Assembly: GCA_044892505.1 (NCBI GenBank)
Contig: CM097882.1
Location: forward strand, 142,972,001 to 143,036,000
Reading direction: 5' to 3'
Source: Schmidtea nova
Lineage: Eukaryota
DNA: 64,000 nucleotides
The notes under the pieces are model-generated. The model ran no database searches and was not told the DNA's origin. It saw nothing but the letters and a program-made list of their open reading frames with translations. How positions within the stretch are numbered: position 1 is the first letter of the stretch; each line of letters starts with the position of its first letter. The position numbers and the translations under genes were made by a program. This document shows positions 35,918-50,896 of the stretch, in pieces.

Positions 35918-37956
35918 GACATTTGAGTTTTGGTGTTATCTTATATAGTTGGAATTGAGTAATACTTCTTGCAAAATTACGGAAATAATCATTGTCACGT
36001 ATTTAAGGAAAACCTAATAAAATAATACAAGTTTAGGAAATAAAACTAAAGTTAATTGAAAAACATTAAAACATCAAAAGTGCACTTTTGTTCATTTTTA
36101 TATTTCTGTATTTTATCTTTTTCACCATATATCTCGATTCTTTATCCATGTTCTTTTCATTTCTTTCAGACTATAAATCAATAATTTGTTTTTTATTTAG
36201 CAAAATATTTATCTACCGAGTGTATTAGAAAGTCATAAACTAATCGCGATAATTGATATTAAATAAAGTTCAAAATGATATTTACCATTATTAAATGATC
36301 AAATATTTTACGTTAATCCTCAAAATATTATTTTACTTTTTCAATATAACTGTAAAATGAACGAAAGATAATGGAAGATAGATATGTTTTATTGCAAATT
36401 GAAAAGGACGAAAATATAACAGGCATTTAAGGAGTGTATGGAGTAAATATTAGCAAAATCTACTGGTTTAAATAAGGTAATGAACATTTTTAAAGAAAAA
36501 TGGATTTTTTTTTAAAAATTTAAAAGAATTTCGAATGGTCTTTTTACAAAAAGTGAAAGTATTCTGGCCTATTAGCTTCTATTCGAGCGTTTTAATCACG
36601 TGGCGGTTTCAAATGAAATGCTGTTATTTAAAGCACAAAGGTTTCATTGAACTGTTGGACAAAACCTAACTATTATTAATCACAATTGTAACAAAACACG
36701 TAGTGAATATAAATTATCAACAGAATCATCAAATAAACAAAGTTTATAACAAAAACATAAAAAAGTAATTAAAACACATTTGAACCACACAAAAATAAGA
36801 GAAACTCAATAAATTACAAATAATAAACACAAATAAAGAAAATTTAAATGTTTTATGGAAAAGCTTTCGGTTCTTGCAAATGATTTAAATATAAACTTAT
36901 TAAAATTTGATAATTTAACAAAAGGTGTATTTATACTAAAGATTTTTTAAAAATAAATTTATTTAGAATTATTAAATAAAAATGGCAATTTATTCAAATA
37001 AATAAAAGAACACCATTTTTTAAAATATATTATTGCAACTTATTTCAGCAGCTCAGCTGTCATCTTCAGGCTTTACAAAATTTCAATAAAATAAAAAATT
37101 ATCATATTTATACGTTTATTAGTGATTACATAATCACATGTGCACAATCCATTAAAACTTTTATTAACCCTAATAAAATTAATTAAAACTCTCAAAAAAG
37201 CGTGTAGATTTTGTATGTTTATTTTAGGATTAAATGATTTTATTATCAAATCATCACAATTCACACGTTCTGAATAATTTTTAAAACCCTTAGAAAGTAT
37301 GTTGAAATTGGAAATGTCAATACTTTTCTTGCAAGTCTTATTGCGCTTAATAATGTTACTCTTTCTAGCATTTATTTTTAAAATGAAATTTAATGAATGG
37401 CTACTCGATGATGACGTTAGAATGATTCATTGACGAACTTTAAGGGAAATTTTGGAATTGGAGAAAAGGCTAAGAAATTATCTTGTTAAGCAACTTTCAG
37501 TAATGAGATTGGTTTCTTACGAGGTAATTGGTGATTTTCATTTTTAAATGTGCATTAAATCAGTAATTTTTTATTCACAACATTGTTTAAGTTCAAAAAT
37601 TGATTGAAAAATAAAAATTATAAAATTGAAAAAATTGTTTGGTGTGTTTACATTTAATGTTAAGAATACTGTGTTGAATATTAGTGATGGGTCATTGACG
37701 AGTGATGAGGATTGTATTTTGAAGTTTGATCCAAATCATGGTATTAGAAATAGGATTGATAAATTTAAATTTTTTTCCCAGATTGAATGTTTGTTTGTAC
37801 TTCATCTAAAAATAAGAATATTAATTTGAATTATTTAAAAGATTTACTGAATTTTAATGTCAATGATTATTTAACTAAGAATAAAGAACAAAATATTAAT
37901 GATTTTAAAATTTTAAAAGAATTATCAAAGAAAAATATTAATATATGTGAATTTTT

Positions 37957-38154
37957 ATATCAATAATTCCCATAATGGTAAGACTATAAATCAAGGTTTC
38001 TTTAAATAAGAACACAATATTTCGGCATAGCCTTTATCAAGTGTGTATTACACATTTGATAAAGGCTGTGCCGAAATATTGTGTACTTATTTAAAGAAAC
38101 TATCCATATTTAAAGAAACTTCCATAGTCTTACCATTATGGAAATTATTGATAT
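37957..38154. repeat. 198-bp fold-back hairpin element, family shared with 3317-3673
   Basis: ATATCAATAATTCCCATAATGGTAAGACTAT / ATAGTCTTACCATTATGGAAATTATTGATAT plus a long inner stem. Confidence 0.85.
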
Positions 38155-38415
38155 TAATATTAAAAAAACGATCAAATGTAAAACAAAAAGATAATTATGA
38201 TAATATGTAAATTTGATTAGGGTAATGGTTTGGTCGTTCTTAATCATGATGATTATATAAAAAAGTTAGAAATGGTATTGTTATCTCCACAATTTGAAAA
38301 AATTGTCAGTTTTCGAAAGAATGGCAAATTAACACCTTTAAAAGTTGAAACAATGTAAATATCTCTACTTCATGACTTAATTTTAAAAAACCATATAGAT
38401 AAGGATATTGTTAGT

Positions 38416-40500
38416 TCACTTTGGCCTCAAGGATCCCAGCCTGATATGGTCTCTGAATATAGTAAAATTTCGTCCTTCCAAAATATGTGAAAAATGTTTG
38501 ATTGCGAGGTAAACTGTTAAGAGTTCGCGGTTGAAAGTTGAGTACTTTTGTTGTGCCGCGTTCACTTTTTGTGAATGTAATTCTAAAGGATCGGGCGTTC
38601 CTTGATTGATTTGGTGCAAAACAGCTCCGATTGATGTGTTCGATGCGTCTGTCGTCAATGTGATTGGAAAATCTAGTTTTATGTATGCCAGTGTATGTAT
38701 TTTTATTAGTGACTCATTAGCTTTATTAAAAGAGTGTAGAGCTTCGTTGCTCCATTTAACTAGTTCATATTTCTTGCCATTCGACAGATTTGTCATTGGT
38801 GCTAAGATTTCTGAGATTTTAGGTATGAATTTGTGGCAGTAATTTATTGTACCAAGAAAACTTCTGAGTTGTATCACCGTTTTTGGTAGTTCAAATTTTT
38901 TGATGCAATCTAGTCTTTCTTAAAAAAGTCTAATTCCATCACTTCTAATGGCATGTCCTAAAATACGAGCTTTTTCTTGAAGAAGCGAACAATTTTTATG
39001 GTTCATTTGTAAGATTTCGAAATGTAGTGAATGAAAGACCAAGTTAATATGCTTTTCATGTTCAGTGATATTTTTAGACCCTATTAAGATATCGTCTAAG
39101 TATGCGACAACAAATTTGAATTTTCCAAGTATATTGTCGATATGTCTTTGAAAAGTTTTGTGCTGCGTTCCTTAGTCAAAAAAGCATGTAGAGATATTTG
39201 TATAACCCAGTTGGTGTAATTAATGCGGTTTTGCATACATATGTGGGAATTATTGGGATTTGGTGATATGCTTTCTGTGAGTCAATCGTTGAAAAGATTT
39301 TGGCGTTCGTTAAACGACGTATAACTTCATTAATATCATTGGTTAAGAATCACGGTTACATTGTTCAGTCTCCTGTAGTCACCACATGGTCAGTTGGTAC
39401 CGTCTTTCTTTTGTACTAAATGTATTGGTGATGCCATGGTGACTGCGATTTTCTGACAATTCTTACTTTTTCGTACTTTTTCGTGAAGTAGCAATGTTGG
39501 AGTAGTGACTATTGAATGTTGGTACACTTCAGTATTATTTACGGAATTGTTCGTACTAGTATTTGTGTTATTCTAACGTTCTAAGAGAGTTTGTATATAT
39601 GGATGTGTATTTCTGTTTAAAGGTATCGTTTCGTTTCAGTTTATTTGATTTTCTGTTATTACTTTGACGGTCTGGTTGTTTGGTATAAATATTTTGCGAT
39701 TCCTTCAGTCGACTAACAGATTTTTTGTTGCTAGGAAATCGGAACCTAATATTGGACAAGTGACATTCGCAAAATAGAATGTCTATTCAAATAAGTTGGA
39801 CATTTGGTCTATACGAAATGTTATGTGTTTAGTTCCAGTAGTATGTACTGATGAGCCGTTAACTGCGCTCAATTGAAGTTTCATGTGTTTGTCTGGGTTG
39901 AAAGTGTTCGGCAGTAAGGATACTCTTGAACCAGTATCTAAAAGTAAATTTAATGGATTTGAGTTGAAGAAAGGTTATTGAAAATGGAAGAAAAAACAGG
40001 AAGTTAGAATGAAGAAGAAATAGAGGAAATTTGGTTGCCGTCGACTTCTGATGCTTGAAGTGAGAACAATACAAGTTTTTTGATTGCTCTTTCTCGAATT
40101 GTGTGAAATTATTGGTTGAATACTTACAACCTTTGAGACATTTTCTTGCTTGATTTTTGTATCGGGCATGGTAAATGCAAACGTCAAGTGTTTTGCATGT
40201 GAATAGTTTATTCTGCCATTCGCAGTCTATATTGCAAACTCTTGCATCTTTTCTAAAGGTTTGGTGAAAATGACAAAGTCGTTTATTTTTGTTGAACGAG
40301 TTGTTTCAGTTGGAACGGTTGGAGTTGTTTCGTGAATGGTTTTTAATGTGCCTATTGTTGCATATTTCTAAGGTTTCTGATATGTCTGTCGTTAAGATTC
40401 TTGCGTTGTTATTAATGAGGGCGTACTCATGTGTATTGAGGTTATATTTTTTATATAATGTATTGAATAGAATTGAAAATTTATCTTTAATATTTAACTA
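38416..40500 (-). mobile_element. Decayed Ty3/Gypsy-like element (gag, RT, RNase H; 3'-truncated)
   Basis: LRSFLGTINYCHKFIP, LTTDASNTSIGAVLHQ, KYSTFNRELL; YLDDILI near 39090; gag CHFHQTF..DARVC near 40200. Confidence 0.85.
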
Positions 40501-41774
40501 ATATTTTAATATTCGTTTGGGAATGGTCCCCAAAAACCCCGCATTTATCAAAAGTTGAATGTAAGAACTCTTACTATTATTCGTAAGTCTAGAACTTTGA
40601 TTCACCATTGTTAGGCATTGACTGATGCTCGTAAAATGTTTGCTTTTAGAATCTCGATTCAAATAAGGAACTGTTAAAATAGGTAGTAGTCCCTGATTAT
40701 CGTATTGTCTTGTAGTACGGTTTTTATTCTTTAATTAATTGTATTTCATTGGTTCTTTTTTAGTCAAAGATTGTAGCAAAGATTGTTTGTAACCATTGTT
40801 ATGTGTCAGGTTGGTTTCGTTATGTGTATACGAATTCCATTTTATGTCTTAAAGGGATATGTTTAAAAGATATTAATTTTTTACATATGCTTTAATCGGT
40901 AAGCTTATCTTTTGTGGGAACATGTTTAAAACTTTTGTTACCTTTCGATTATTAGTTAAACTTTGGTTGTTTAGTTCGCTTAGGAATAATGATTGACATC
41001 ACTTGGATATCCGTGATTGGACATAAGCCTTGTTGGTGTTGTTAGTACTTTCCTTCTTCAAATGACTAGAAACTGCTACAAATCGTTGATAATTTGCTTG
41101 TATCCATTATCTGAAGAAAATTGTTGTAAGGTGAACCTTGGATCTTTTTTAATTGAAACTGTTTTACTTTTTCTCTAAATTTTAAGTGTTTTTGCAATGA
41201 TTCACAAAGGAATTTCACTTTCATTTGATTGCAACAATAAATAATTAGACTAGAAGCAAACCAAAATGACAAGTTTGTTATAAACATAAAATTTGTAAAT
41301 TCATATTGAACATCGAAATCATAGAAAAAGTGTAAATTAAATTTCAAAATTTACTAATGTCTTATACGTTTCTATGTTTGTCGCTAACCACTCAATTGAG
41401 AATGTCTGTAAAATCAAAGTAAAATATTGAAAATTTAAAGAGGCTGATATGTTACCATATTTAATGAAAGTGTGCAGTATTTGGGGAGTAGTAAGAATCG
41501 TCGTTCCATACAAAATCATGAGCACATCATTATTAATCAACAAAATTATTGAAACAGTGAATAGAAAGTGAAAACCAGAAAAACGAATAAATAATAAAAT
41601 TCATCTAGACTGTAGTCAAAACTGAGGAAATTAAAAAGTTCATTCGTCTTTTCGGATGGAATAGGAGTATTCCTTTAATTCGGTTTTCGTCTTATTGCTG
41701 CCATCGTCCAAATGTTTTTGAATCGTTGACAAATCCATTGGATTTTTGATAATATTAAAATAATTGGATAAATT

Positions 41775-43005
41775 TTGAAAACTGTTCCATAAACTTATCA
41801 TTGAGATGTCGATATCGATTAGCCAAAATATCTCTTAAGATATTGCTGCAAGTCTTTATTTCATCTGATAATTTTGTCTTTGCTGTTTGTACTTCATCTA
41901 GTGATTCATTTTTCAGCGAAATAGAAAGACTAGGCGTAGGAGATAAATCATAACAAGATTCGGCAATACATTTATTTGTTTTCGATTTTGCATCCGGTGA
42001 TATTGAACAATTGCTTGCGTTAGTTGATGTGATATTATTTTCATATCATTCTCGCTAATTTATCTAATTTGGAATTGAATATATTTCCAAAGTCAGCGTC
42101 AACGTGGTTTTCGGTTTATCGGGATTCGAAATATTTGGAGAAATTTCTGACACCATTTTAACGTTTGTGTTAATATGGTTTAACATAGTAGTTAATATGT
42201 AATCTAGTAGTAGTATATTAATATAATATAACTAATTGTAATTTCGAATATTGATTTATTGTTTGTATATAAAATATATTACAGTTTCGTGTTTCCACGT
42301 ATTTCTTAAATAAAACATTTAAACAAGGAACTATAAAAATATACTATTACAAGAGTTGATTACACAAACTTCTCTGGCAAAACTTCTGTCTAAAACTGTT
42401 GTCTCTCCTTTTTTATAGTTTGCCATTCTCCGGCAGTTGTGGCAATTTACTTTTTTCTCCCAGTCCTGCCGCTGGCATTTCCAATTTGCTTTTGCTACGG
42501 TATTGCCCGTAGTCGTTCGGCGCTCGGGACAATTTACTTTTGTCACTGACATTTCACCATGTTTTTCCCAGTTTCCATGTTATCTTTGACATCTGTCAAG
42601 ATACCAGTATTGTTTTTGTTTACCCTATTCAGAAGTTACATGTTGTTTTTTGCATTTATTAATTATAAGTGACTTTTCTCTGTTTTATTGTTATTTTTAT
42701 TTTGTTACTACTTTCTCCTTTTTTCAATTTTTTTGCTATTCCGTTTTTTTCCTCGAGTTTCAGAATGCTAGCTCAATCATTTATTATTTTTTTCTTAAGT
42801 TTTCCAATTATTTATAATATTATTTATTATTTAGGTATCGTCAACATATTTGAAAATAACAACTCTGCTAATTCTGTGGACGAGTAAAAATTGTCTGTGG
42901 TCAGACAGTACTCCGTATCGAGCAATGGTCTCATTAGTGACATTACGACTTGGGAGGAAGCTGTAAGATGTTTGTGGCACTGGTCGAAAAGAGTATTTTT
43001 ACCCG
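41775..43005. repeat. Segmental duplication, copy 2, part 1 (includes a piggyBac fragment on the minus strand)
   Basis: Colinear with 13981-15227; ORF 42827-43345 contains SQVVMSLMRPLLDTEYCLTTDNFYSS. Confidence 0.85.
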
Positions 43006-43169
43006 NNNNNNNNNNNNNNNNNNNNNNNNNNNNNNNNNNNNNNNNNNNNNNNNNNNNNNNNNNNNNNNNNNNNNNNNNNNNNNNNNNNNNNNNNNNNNNN
43101 NNNNNNNNNNNNNNNNNNNNNNNNNNNNNNNNNNNNNNNNNNNNNNNNNNNNNNNNNNNNNNNNNNNNN
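43006..43169. other. Assembly gap
   Basis: N run. Confidence 1.
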
Positions 43170-46100
43170 GTTAGGCGTTTGACGGTATTATCTTGTATTT
43201 TTTTGTGTATTATTAGTTCAGATTGTGTAATAATTGTGTAGGCAAGGAATTGTAGAGCCCGAGAGAGTCTGGCGTTAGCTGTGTGCCAACACTCGGGGTG
43301 TATGCTTTGTAATGTGAAAGTGTTGAAGACAAAATAATAAAACAAATAATAAAATAAATTAATTATTCAATTAACAGTTACGATCACAATATAATGTTTA
43401 TAAAATGTTACTATAAAAAGTTACTCTAACTTTGACGTAATTGAGTCGATTTTGGAAAAGAATCTTAGGAATTTCGAAAAGAATTTAGGAATTGTAACAA
43501 TATTTAGGATTTTGATTTTTCCCTGATAGAGATCTCCCTCGAAAAATTGCTGTCTCCAAATATTGTTGGGCTAGAGTTGTTGAACCGGGAATAGCAACTG
43601 ATTCGTCTAGTTTCCTCTCGGGTTAAAATTTTTATTAAATTTTGGTGATCTTCGGACTTATTTCTTCAAGTTTGATCTTTGTCGGATTAAAATAAGTTAC
43701 TTCCAGAAAATTGGTAGTTATTTTTTCTACTTCGTTTTTTTTAATAGCCTTCTGTAGTCTCTTTTGTTATTTCAATTTCTTCGTCTTATTATTTATTCAT
43801 AAAATTTTATTGTTTTTAAAAAAAAATCAATTTTCGTATTATTGTCTATAGCTTACTATAGTTTATTACTATAGTAAGCTGTTGGATTCAAATTGAAGAT
43901 TTGAATTCTAATAATAATAATAATGATAATCAAAATAATAATAATAATAAAAATAATAATAATAAAAATTAACACAAACAAAAAAAGGGGGGGTTCCCGG
44001 TGACCGCAAAGGCACCGTCCATAACAATGACGGCGCTTACACCATCATACAAGAATAGCAATAATCATAATCATAAAAATAACAACTACCAGCAAACTTT
44101 TCATACACTACACAACTTCCCCCTTTAAAACCGGAGGTTAACATTTGAACGAAAAAGGAAAACAACACTCACGGAATCACCCCAAATTTACATTTTTTTA
44201 TAATAACAGTAACATAGAACCCTTTTTCGTTTTGTTTTGTTTTGTTTTGTTTTTGTTTTGTTTTGTTTGTTTGATTACCCTTTAACACCCGAAATTAAAT
44301 ATTTACATAGAAAAATAAAATAAATCTGTACAAATAACTATGTTGTGCCTGTGTTTTTCTTATGTATGTTTGTGCTCTTTTTTTTTACTTGAGGCAATCG
44401 CTGTAGCGTTTGTTGTATAGAGGTGTGATTATTGTGTCCTTGTCGAACAGTTTTATTGAATTTTTGTAGTTGAATGTGATGTGTTTATTTTTTGTTTGTG
44501 TTTTTGTTTGTGTCGGGGCTTTTTCTTTTGTGGGGTTGTTTGAAGTGTTTTGATTGTTGTGGTATGGTTTAATTCTTCTAAGATTGATTCTTGTTTTAAT
44601 GTTGTCTTTTATTATTGTTGCCACATTTTTGTTAATTTCCAGCAGTTTAAATGGGCCTTCGTATTTTGGTTCGAAACCTTTGGTGAAGGGCTTTTTAATT
44701 AAGACGTAGTTTGTCGTTAGAACTACTTTTCCGTCCATTTCAGAGTTCGCTCTCTTTTTTAGGATTCCTTTTAATTTCTTTTCTACTCTTTCGTTGTTTG
44801 TGTTGGTTGTTTGTTTGTTGGTTTCTGCGTTTTCTGCTGTATTGTTTTTAATTGTTGGGAGGTTTGATTCTCTGCCGAATACTTTGTATGCTGGTCTTTC
44901 ATTGTCGAATGAGTTTGGTGTGTTTCTTAGTCCCAGTAAGATTGTCGGGAGTTGACTTAGCCAATTTCTGTCGTCTGCTTTATTCTGATACTTTCCTTTA
45001 GTGTTCTGTGCAATCTCTCGATTTTTCCGTTTGCTTGAGGGTTGTAAGCGGTTGTGCGGTTTCTTTTTATGTTGTATTTATTGCACAGAGTACTGAATAA
45101 TTCTGATTCGAACTGTCTCCCTTGGTCTGTTATCAATACTTTTGGTTGACCGTAGCGAGTTATTCAATTTAGCTCAATCTTGTTACATATGTTCTGAGCG
45201 GATATTTCTTTTAGTGGGACAATTTCGAACCAGTTTGTTTTTCTGTCGATGATTGTGAGTAGGTAGTTGTACCCGTTGTTTGGTAGTAACGGTCCTACTA
45301 TGTCAATGTGAATCATCTCGTAAGGTTGGCTGCTTGGAAAGTATACTTTTTGTGCTGTTGGTTTCTTTGATATTTTGTTGATTTGGCACTTTTTGCATGT
45401 TTTTACGAAACTTTTGATTTCCTTTCTCATATTTGGCCATATGTATCTGTTGTGGATTATTTCGAAGGTGGCTTTGCTTCCTGGATGACTGATGTCATGT
45501 ATTTTAGAAATACACAATTTCCTAAACTCTTTTGGTAAAAGTATTCTTGGTGTGTTTTCATTGCTGACATCGTACCAAAGTTCATTGATTTTCTCTAATT
45601 TCAGGCTGTGTTTTAAAGGAAGTTCTTTTAAGGTTTCTGATTGTTTGTTTTTAATTTTTTCGTTTTCGAATATTTCGCCAAATTCAAGTGCGTTTATGTC
45701 TGTTTCTATTCTTGACAGAGTATCTGCTGCGATATTTGCGGCGCCAGCGACATAATTAATTGTGCAATTAAATTGTGATATATAATTTAATTGTCTTATT
45801 TGTCGTGGTGATGGGTTTTTCATTTGTATCGCGTTTGTTAACGGTTTGTGGTCCGTATATATTTTGAAGTTTCTTGCTTCCAGTAAGTGTTGGAAGTGAT
45901 TGATGGCTTCATGTATCGCGAGTAATTCTCGGTCAAAGGTTGAGTACCGTGTTTGATGTGTTTTTAGTTTTTTAGAGAAAACCCCGATTGGCTGTTTGCC
46001 GTATTCGTTATCTTGATATAAGGTTGCGCCCATTGCATATCCAGAGCAGTCTGTTGCTAGGTTGTAGTCTAGTTCTGGATTTGGATATCCGAGTAATGTT

Positions 46101-47459
46101 GCTTGAGATAAGCTTGTTTTTACTTTTTCAAACTGTTTGGTTGTTTGCTTGGTCCAGTTAATTTTAATGTTTCTTCTTGTTTTGATCAGGTCGTTTAATG
46201 GCGCTAACAATTCACTGCAGTTAATGATGTACGCATGGTAAAAGTTTACCATTCCCAAAAATCGTCTTAACTCTCTGTTTGTGTTTGGTAGTTTGAACTC
46301 TTGTATCGTGCTTATTTTCTTGTCTATTGGCTTCGTGCCTTTTTCGTCCAGTGTGTGTCCCAGAAAATTTATTTTTTTTTCAAGAATTCGCATTTTTGAA
46401 TGTTTATTTTGAGATTTGCTGAGTCCAGCGTTTCAAACACCTTTTCAATGTCTTTTAAATGAATTGTTTTGCTTGGACTTGCTATGAGGATGTCGTCCAA
46501 ATAAGCTATAGTATTCTGGTTATTTTTCAGAGTCTTGTCCATAAATCGTTGAAATGTTGCAGCTGCGTTTCGCAAACCAAATGGCATTCTGTTGTATTCG
46601 AACATGCCGATTGGTGTTACGATTGCTGTTTTTTTAATGTCTTCGTTCCTGATGGGTATTTGGTGGTAAGCCTTCTGTAAATCTATTTTCGGGAAAAGTC
46701 TTGCACCTTTAAGTCTGTTTATTATGTCTCTGATGATAGGCAGTGGGTAGTTGTCAGTAGGGGATAGTGAGGACACGGGGCCAAGCCATTTATCCTTAAA
46801 CTGTATATATTAATTAATAATTATACAGTTCCCCCCTAAAATTTTTTTATTTTGTTTACATGAAGTGAATTTTTTAATTTTTTAATTTTGTTTAAATGAA
46901 GTCATTTTATTTATTTTTATTTATTAATTTTATTATATTTATTAATCTTAATTAATTTTAATTTAATTTACTTTTAATTTATTTTTAATTTATTTTTATT
47001 TAATTTATTTTTTGTAGAGGACTTTTGATCTGGTTATTTTGTATAGGAATTTTACTCTGGTTTTTTTGTATAGGATTTTCTATTCCGAGAATTTTCTTGT
47101 GCAAAAAGGGACTCTGGGTTTTTTGTACAGGAATTTTTTATACATCGATTTTTGGTCTCGTATTTTGAATAGAATTTTTGGTCTGATATTTTTGCACAGG
47201 AATTTTCTATTCCGAGATTTTTTTTTCGGGCAAAAAGGGACTCTGGTAATTTTGAATATGATTTTTGATCTCGTATTTCTGTATAGGATTTTTAATCTAG
47301 TATTTTTGTATAGGATTTTTAGTCTGGTTATTTTGAATAGGAATTTCTACTCCCAGATTTTTCTCGGGCAAAAAGAGACTCTGATAATTTTAATATGATT
47401 TTTGATCTTAATTTTTGTATAGGATATTTAGTCTGGTATTTTCGAAAACAATATTTTGG

Positions 47460-47995
47460 TCGGGGAAATTCCAAAAAATCAAAAATGCTCAGAATCAAAT
47501 AATTTTTATACCAATCTACTGAGAATCGGGTGGCGAATAAAAAGGGTTAAAAAGTAAAAACCTGAAAATTTGACTTATCCGACCCAATTTTTATACGTAA
47601 AAAGGGTCAACTCGGAGAAAATCAAAAAATTAAAAAGAGGTCAGAATTCAATAATTTTTTATACCAATCTACTGAGAATTGAAAGGCAAACAATAATGGT
47701 CAAAAATTAAAAAACATGAAAAATTGATCTTATCCGACCAATTTTTACACGTAAAAGGGTCGACTCGGGGAAATTCCAAAAATCAAAAATGCTCAGAATT
47801 CAAAATTTTTTTATATCAATCTACTGAGATTCGAATGGCGAACAAAAAAGGGTCAAAAATAAAAACATGAAAATTTTGACTTATCCGACCAATTTTACAT
47901 GTAAAAATGATCGACTCGGGGAAATTCCAAAAATAAAAAATGCTCAGAATCAAATAATTTTTATACCAATCTACTGAGAATCGAATGGCACATAA
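47460..47995. repeat. About 150-bp tandem repeats (~4) in the left TIR; ~3 inverted copies at 49940-50410
   Basis: ATGCTCAGAATCAAATAATTTTTATACCAATCTACTGAGAAT...GACTTATCCGACC units; one copy also at 1928-1975. Confidence 0.85.
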
Positions 47996-48839
47996 AAACG
48001 TGGAAATATTTAAAAAATATTTAAACTAAATAATTAAATTTAAATAAATTGATGATAATTAAATAAAAAAGTAAATAAATTCTATACGAATTTCAAAACT
48101 CAGTAAATAATTCACTCATTATTTTGTATTGAATTTATCGAGTAAAATGGTACATTAAATAAAAGCATGGAAATAATAAGTAAATTAAAGTTAGAATTTT
48201 AAATTAATTTGTACTGGATTTATGAAAAATGGTAAAGTAAATAAATTAAAGATAGAATTTTAAAAATAATTATGAATTTAAAGATAAATAGAATTATAAG
48301 AAAATTAAGAATAAATAAGTAAATTAAGAAAGACGTGAGTTTTATTGTAATAATTTTAAAATGAATTGGTTTTAAATGAACTTTTTAAGGTAATATTTGA
48401 AAAATGTGAGAATAATTAAATATTTTTGAAATTTTTTAAAGTAAAATTTTTTAACAATAAAGTCACTGTTTAATTTTTTAACAATAAAATCAATGTAAAA
48501 TTTTTTAATTAATAAATACAAAGTAAATATTTTTTCACAAGTAAATATTTTTCACAAGTAAAATTTTTAACTAATAAATACAAATCTAACTGTTTTTCAA
48601 TATGATGTTTTTTAAGCAAATGATCAAATAACAACAAATAAATGTAGTAAATAAAACACATGTAAATATTGAATTTATTTAGAATAAAAATAGTTATTAA
48701 ACAAGAGTTGTTACAATTTTGTATACTAAGTTAAAAAATAACGATTAATGACATAAATTTTTAAAAATAAACGTAATAATTGAAAATATGGAAACAAGTA
48801 AATAATAATAATAATAATAAGTAACGTCTATCAATCAAA

Positions 48840-49760
48840 CTAAGTACCTACAATAAACCGATCAACTAACTAATAATCTCATTACACACACACAAATCAA
48901 CCACTGACTAGTAACTGATCAAATGTCAAATGACTCTATCCACAAATCACCAACCAACTACTTACTTAACAGTTACCAACTGACTATGTATTAACCAACT
49001 AGGAAAATTGTTCCATGTGTCAATCAATTATCTCTTTCTATTAACTAAATATCAAATTATCCAATCCCTTTAGCTAACAAACAGACCAATTCCTTACTTA
49101 CTAACTAGTTCTATACATCAACCAACTACTTCTATACATTAACCAACTAGTTCTATACCAAACAACTAACTACACTAACTAACTATACATACTAACCAGT
49201 AACTAATCTCTTACTTACTAACTAGTTCTATACATCAACCAACTAACTCTTCTCATTAACCAACTTACTCTATTCACAAATCACCAATCAACTACTCTAA
49301 CTAACTAAATATACATACTACTTCTTAACATTAACCAACTACCACTATTCACAAATTACCGATCAACTACCCACTCTATACATACTAACCAGTCAGCAAT
49401 CAAATACTTACTTACCAAGTAGTTTTACACATTAACCAACTAACTAACTAAACACTCTAACTATCAACCAATTCCTTACTTCCCAACTAACTCTTCTCAT
49501 TAACCAACTAATTCTATTCATTAATCCTATACTAGCCAACCAGCCACTCACTCTACACACTATCCATCTAAGTACTTACCAACTACTTCTACACATTAAC
49601 CAACTAACTCTATTCATAAATCAACAACAGACTAGTTAATTATTAAATATCAATTGATTCTATCCACAATCTACTAGTTAAATCAACTAATTGGATACCA
49701 ACTGACTCTATATATTAAACAAATAAATCTTCACTCTAAGGAAATTGTTCCACGTATCAA
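48840..49760. repeat. Degenerate (AACT/AACC)n-like, strongly G-poor strand-biased repeat tract
   Basis: Recurring TTAACCAACTAACT and TCTATACATCAACCAACT; G almost absent on the + strand. Confidence 0.8.
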
Positions 49761-50896
49761 TAAACTCTTCGCATTAACTAAATAAGATATTTAAAACTAA
49801 CTGATTCTAAATGTCGTGTCATAAAATTAAATTTATTACTTTGAATAATTGAATTAATCTTTAGTTGATTATCAGTTTTTAAAAAGGCGTACTAATATCT
49901 ACGTAGTTAAAATGAAATTTTTTATTAAATAAAGTTCTTAAAATTTTGAGTCGACCCTTTTATGTGTAAAAATTGGTCGGATAAGTCAAAATTTTCATGT
50001 TTTACCTGTTTGACCCTTTTTTGTTTGCCTTTCAATTCTCAGTAGATTGGTATAAAAAATTTTGAATTCTGAGCATTTTTGATTTTTTGGAAAGTCACCG
50101 AGTTGACCCTTTTTACGTGTAAAAATTGGGTCGGATAAGATCAATTTTTCATGTTTTTTAATTTTTGACCATTTTTGTTTGCCTTTCAATTCTCAGTAGA
50201 TTGGTTCAAAAAATTATTGAATTCTGACCACTTTTTAATTTTTTGATTTTTCCCCGAGTTGACCCTTTTTAAGTTACAAATTGGGTCGGATAAGTCAAAT
50301 TTTCAGGTTTTTACTTTTTAACCCATTTTTGTTCGCCATTCGATTCTCAGTAGATTGGTATAAAAATTATTTGATTTTGAGCATTTTTGATTTTTTGGAA
50401 TTTCCCCGACCAAAATATTGTTTTCGAAAATACCAGACTAAAAATCCTATACAAAAATCAAGATCAAAAATCATATTCAAAATTACCAGAGTCCCTTTTT
50501 GCACGAGAAAAATCTGGGAGTAGAAATTCCTATTCAAAATAACCAGACTAAAAATCCTATACAAAAATACTAGATCAAAAATCCTATACAAAAATACTAG
50601 ATCAAAAATCATATTCAAAATTACCAGAGTCCCTTTTTGCCCGAGAAAAAAATCTCGGAATAGAAAATTCCTGTGCAAAAATATCAGACCAAAAATCCTA
50701 TTCAAAATAACTAGACCAAAAAATCCTATACAAAAATACGAGACCAAAAATCCTATACAAAATACGAGACCAAAAATCGATGTATAAAAAATTCCTGTAC
50801 AAAAAACCCAGAGTCCCTTTTTGCCCGAGAAAAATCTCGGAATAGAAAATCCTATACAAAAAAACCAGAGTTAAAATCCTATACAAAATAACCAGA

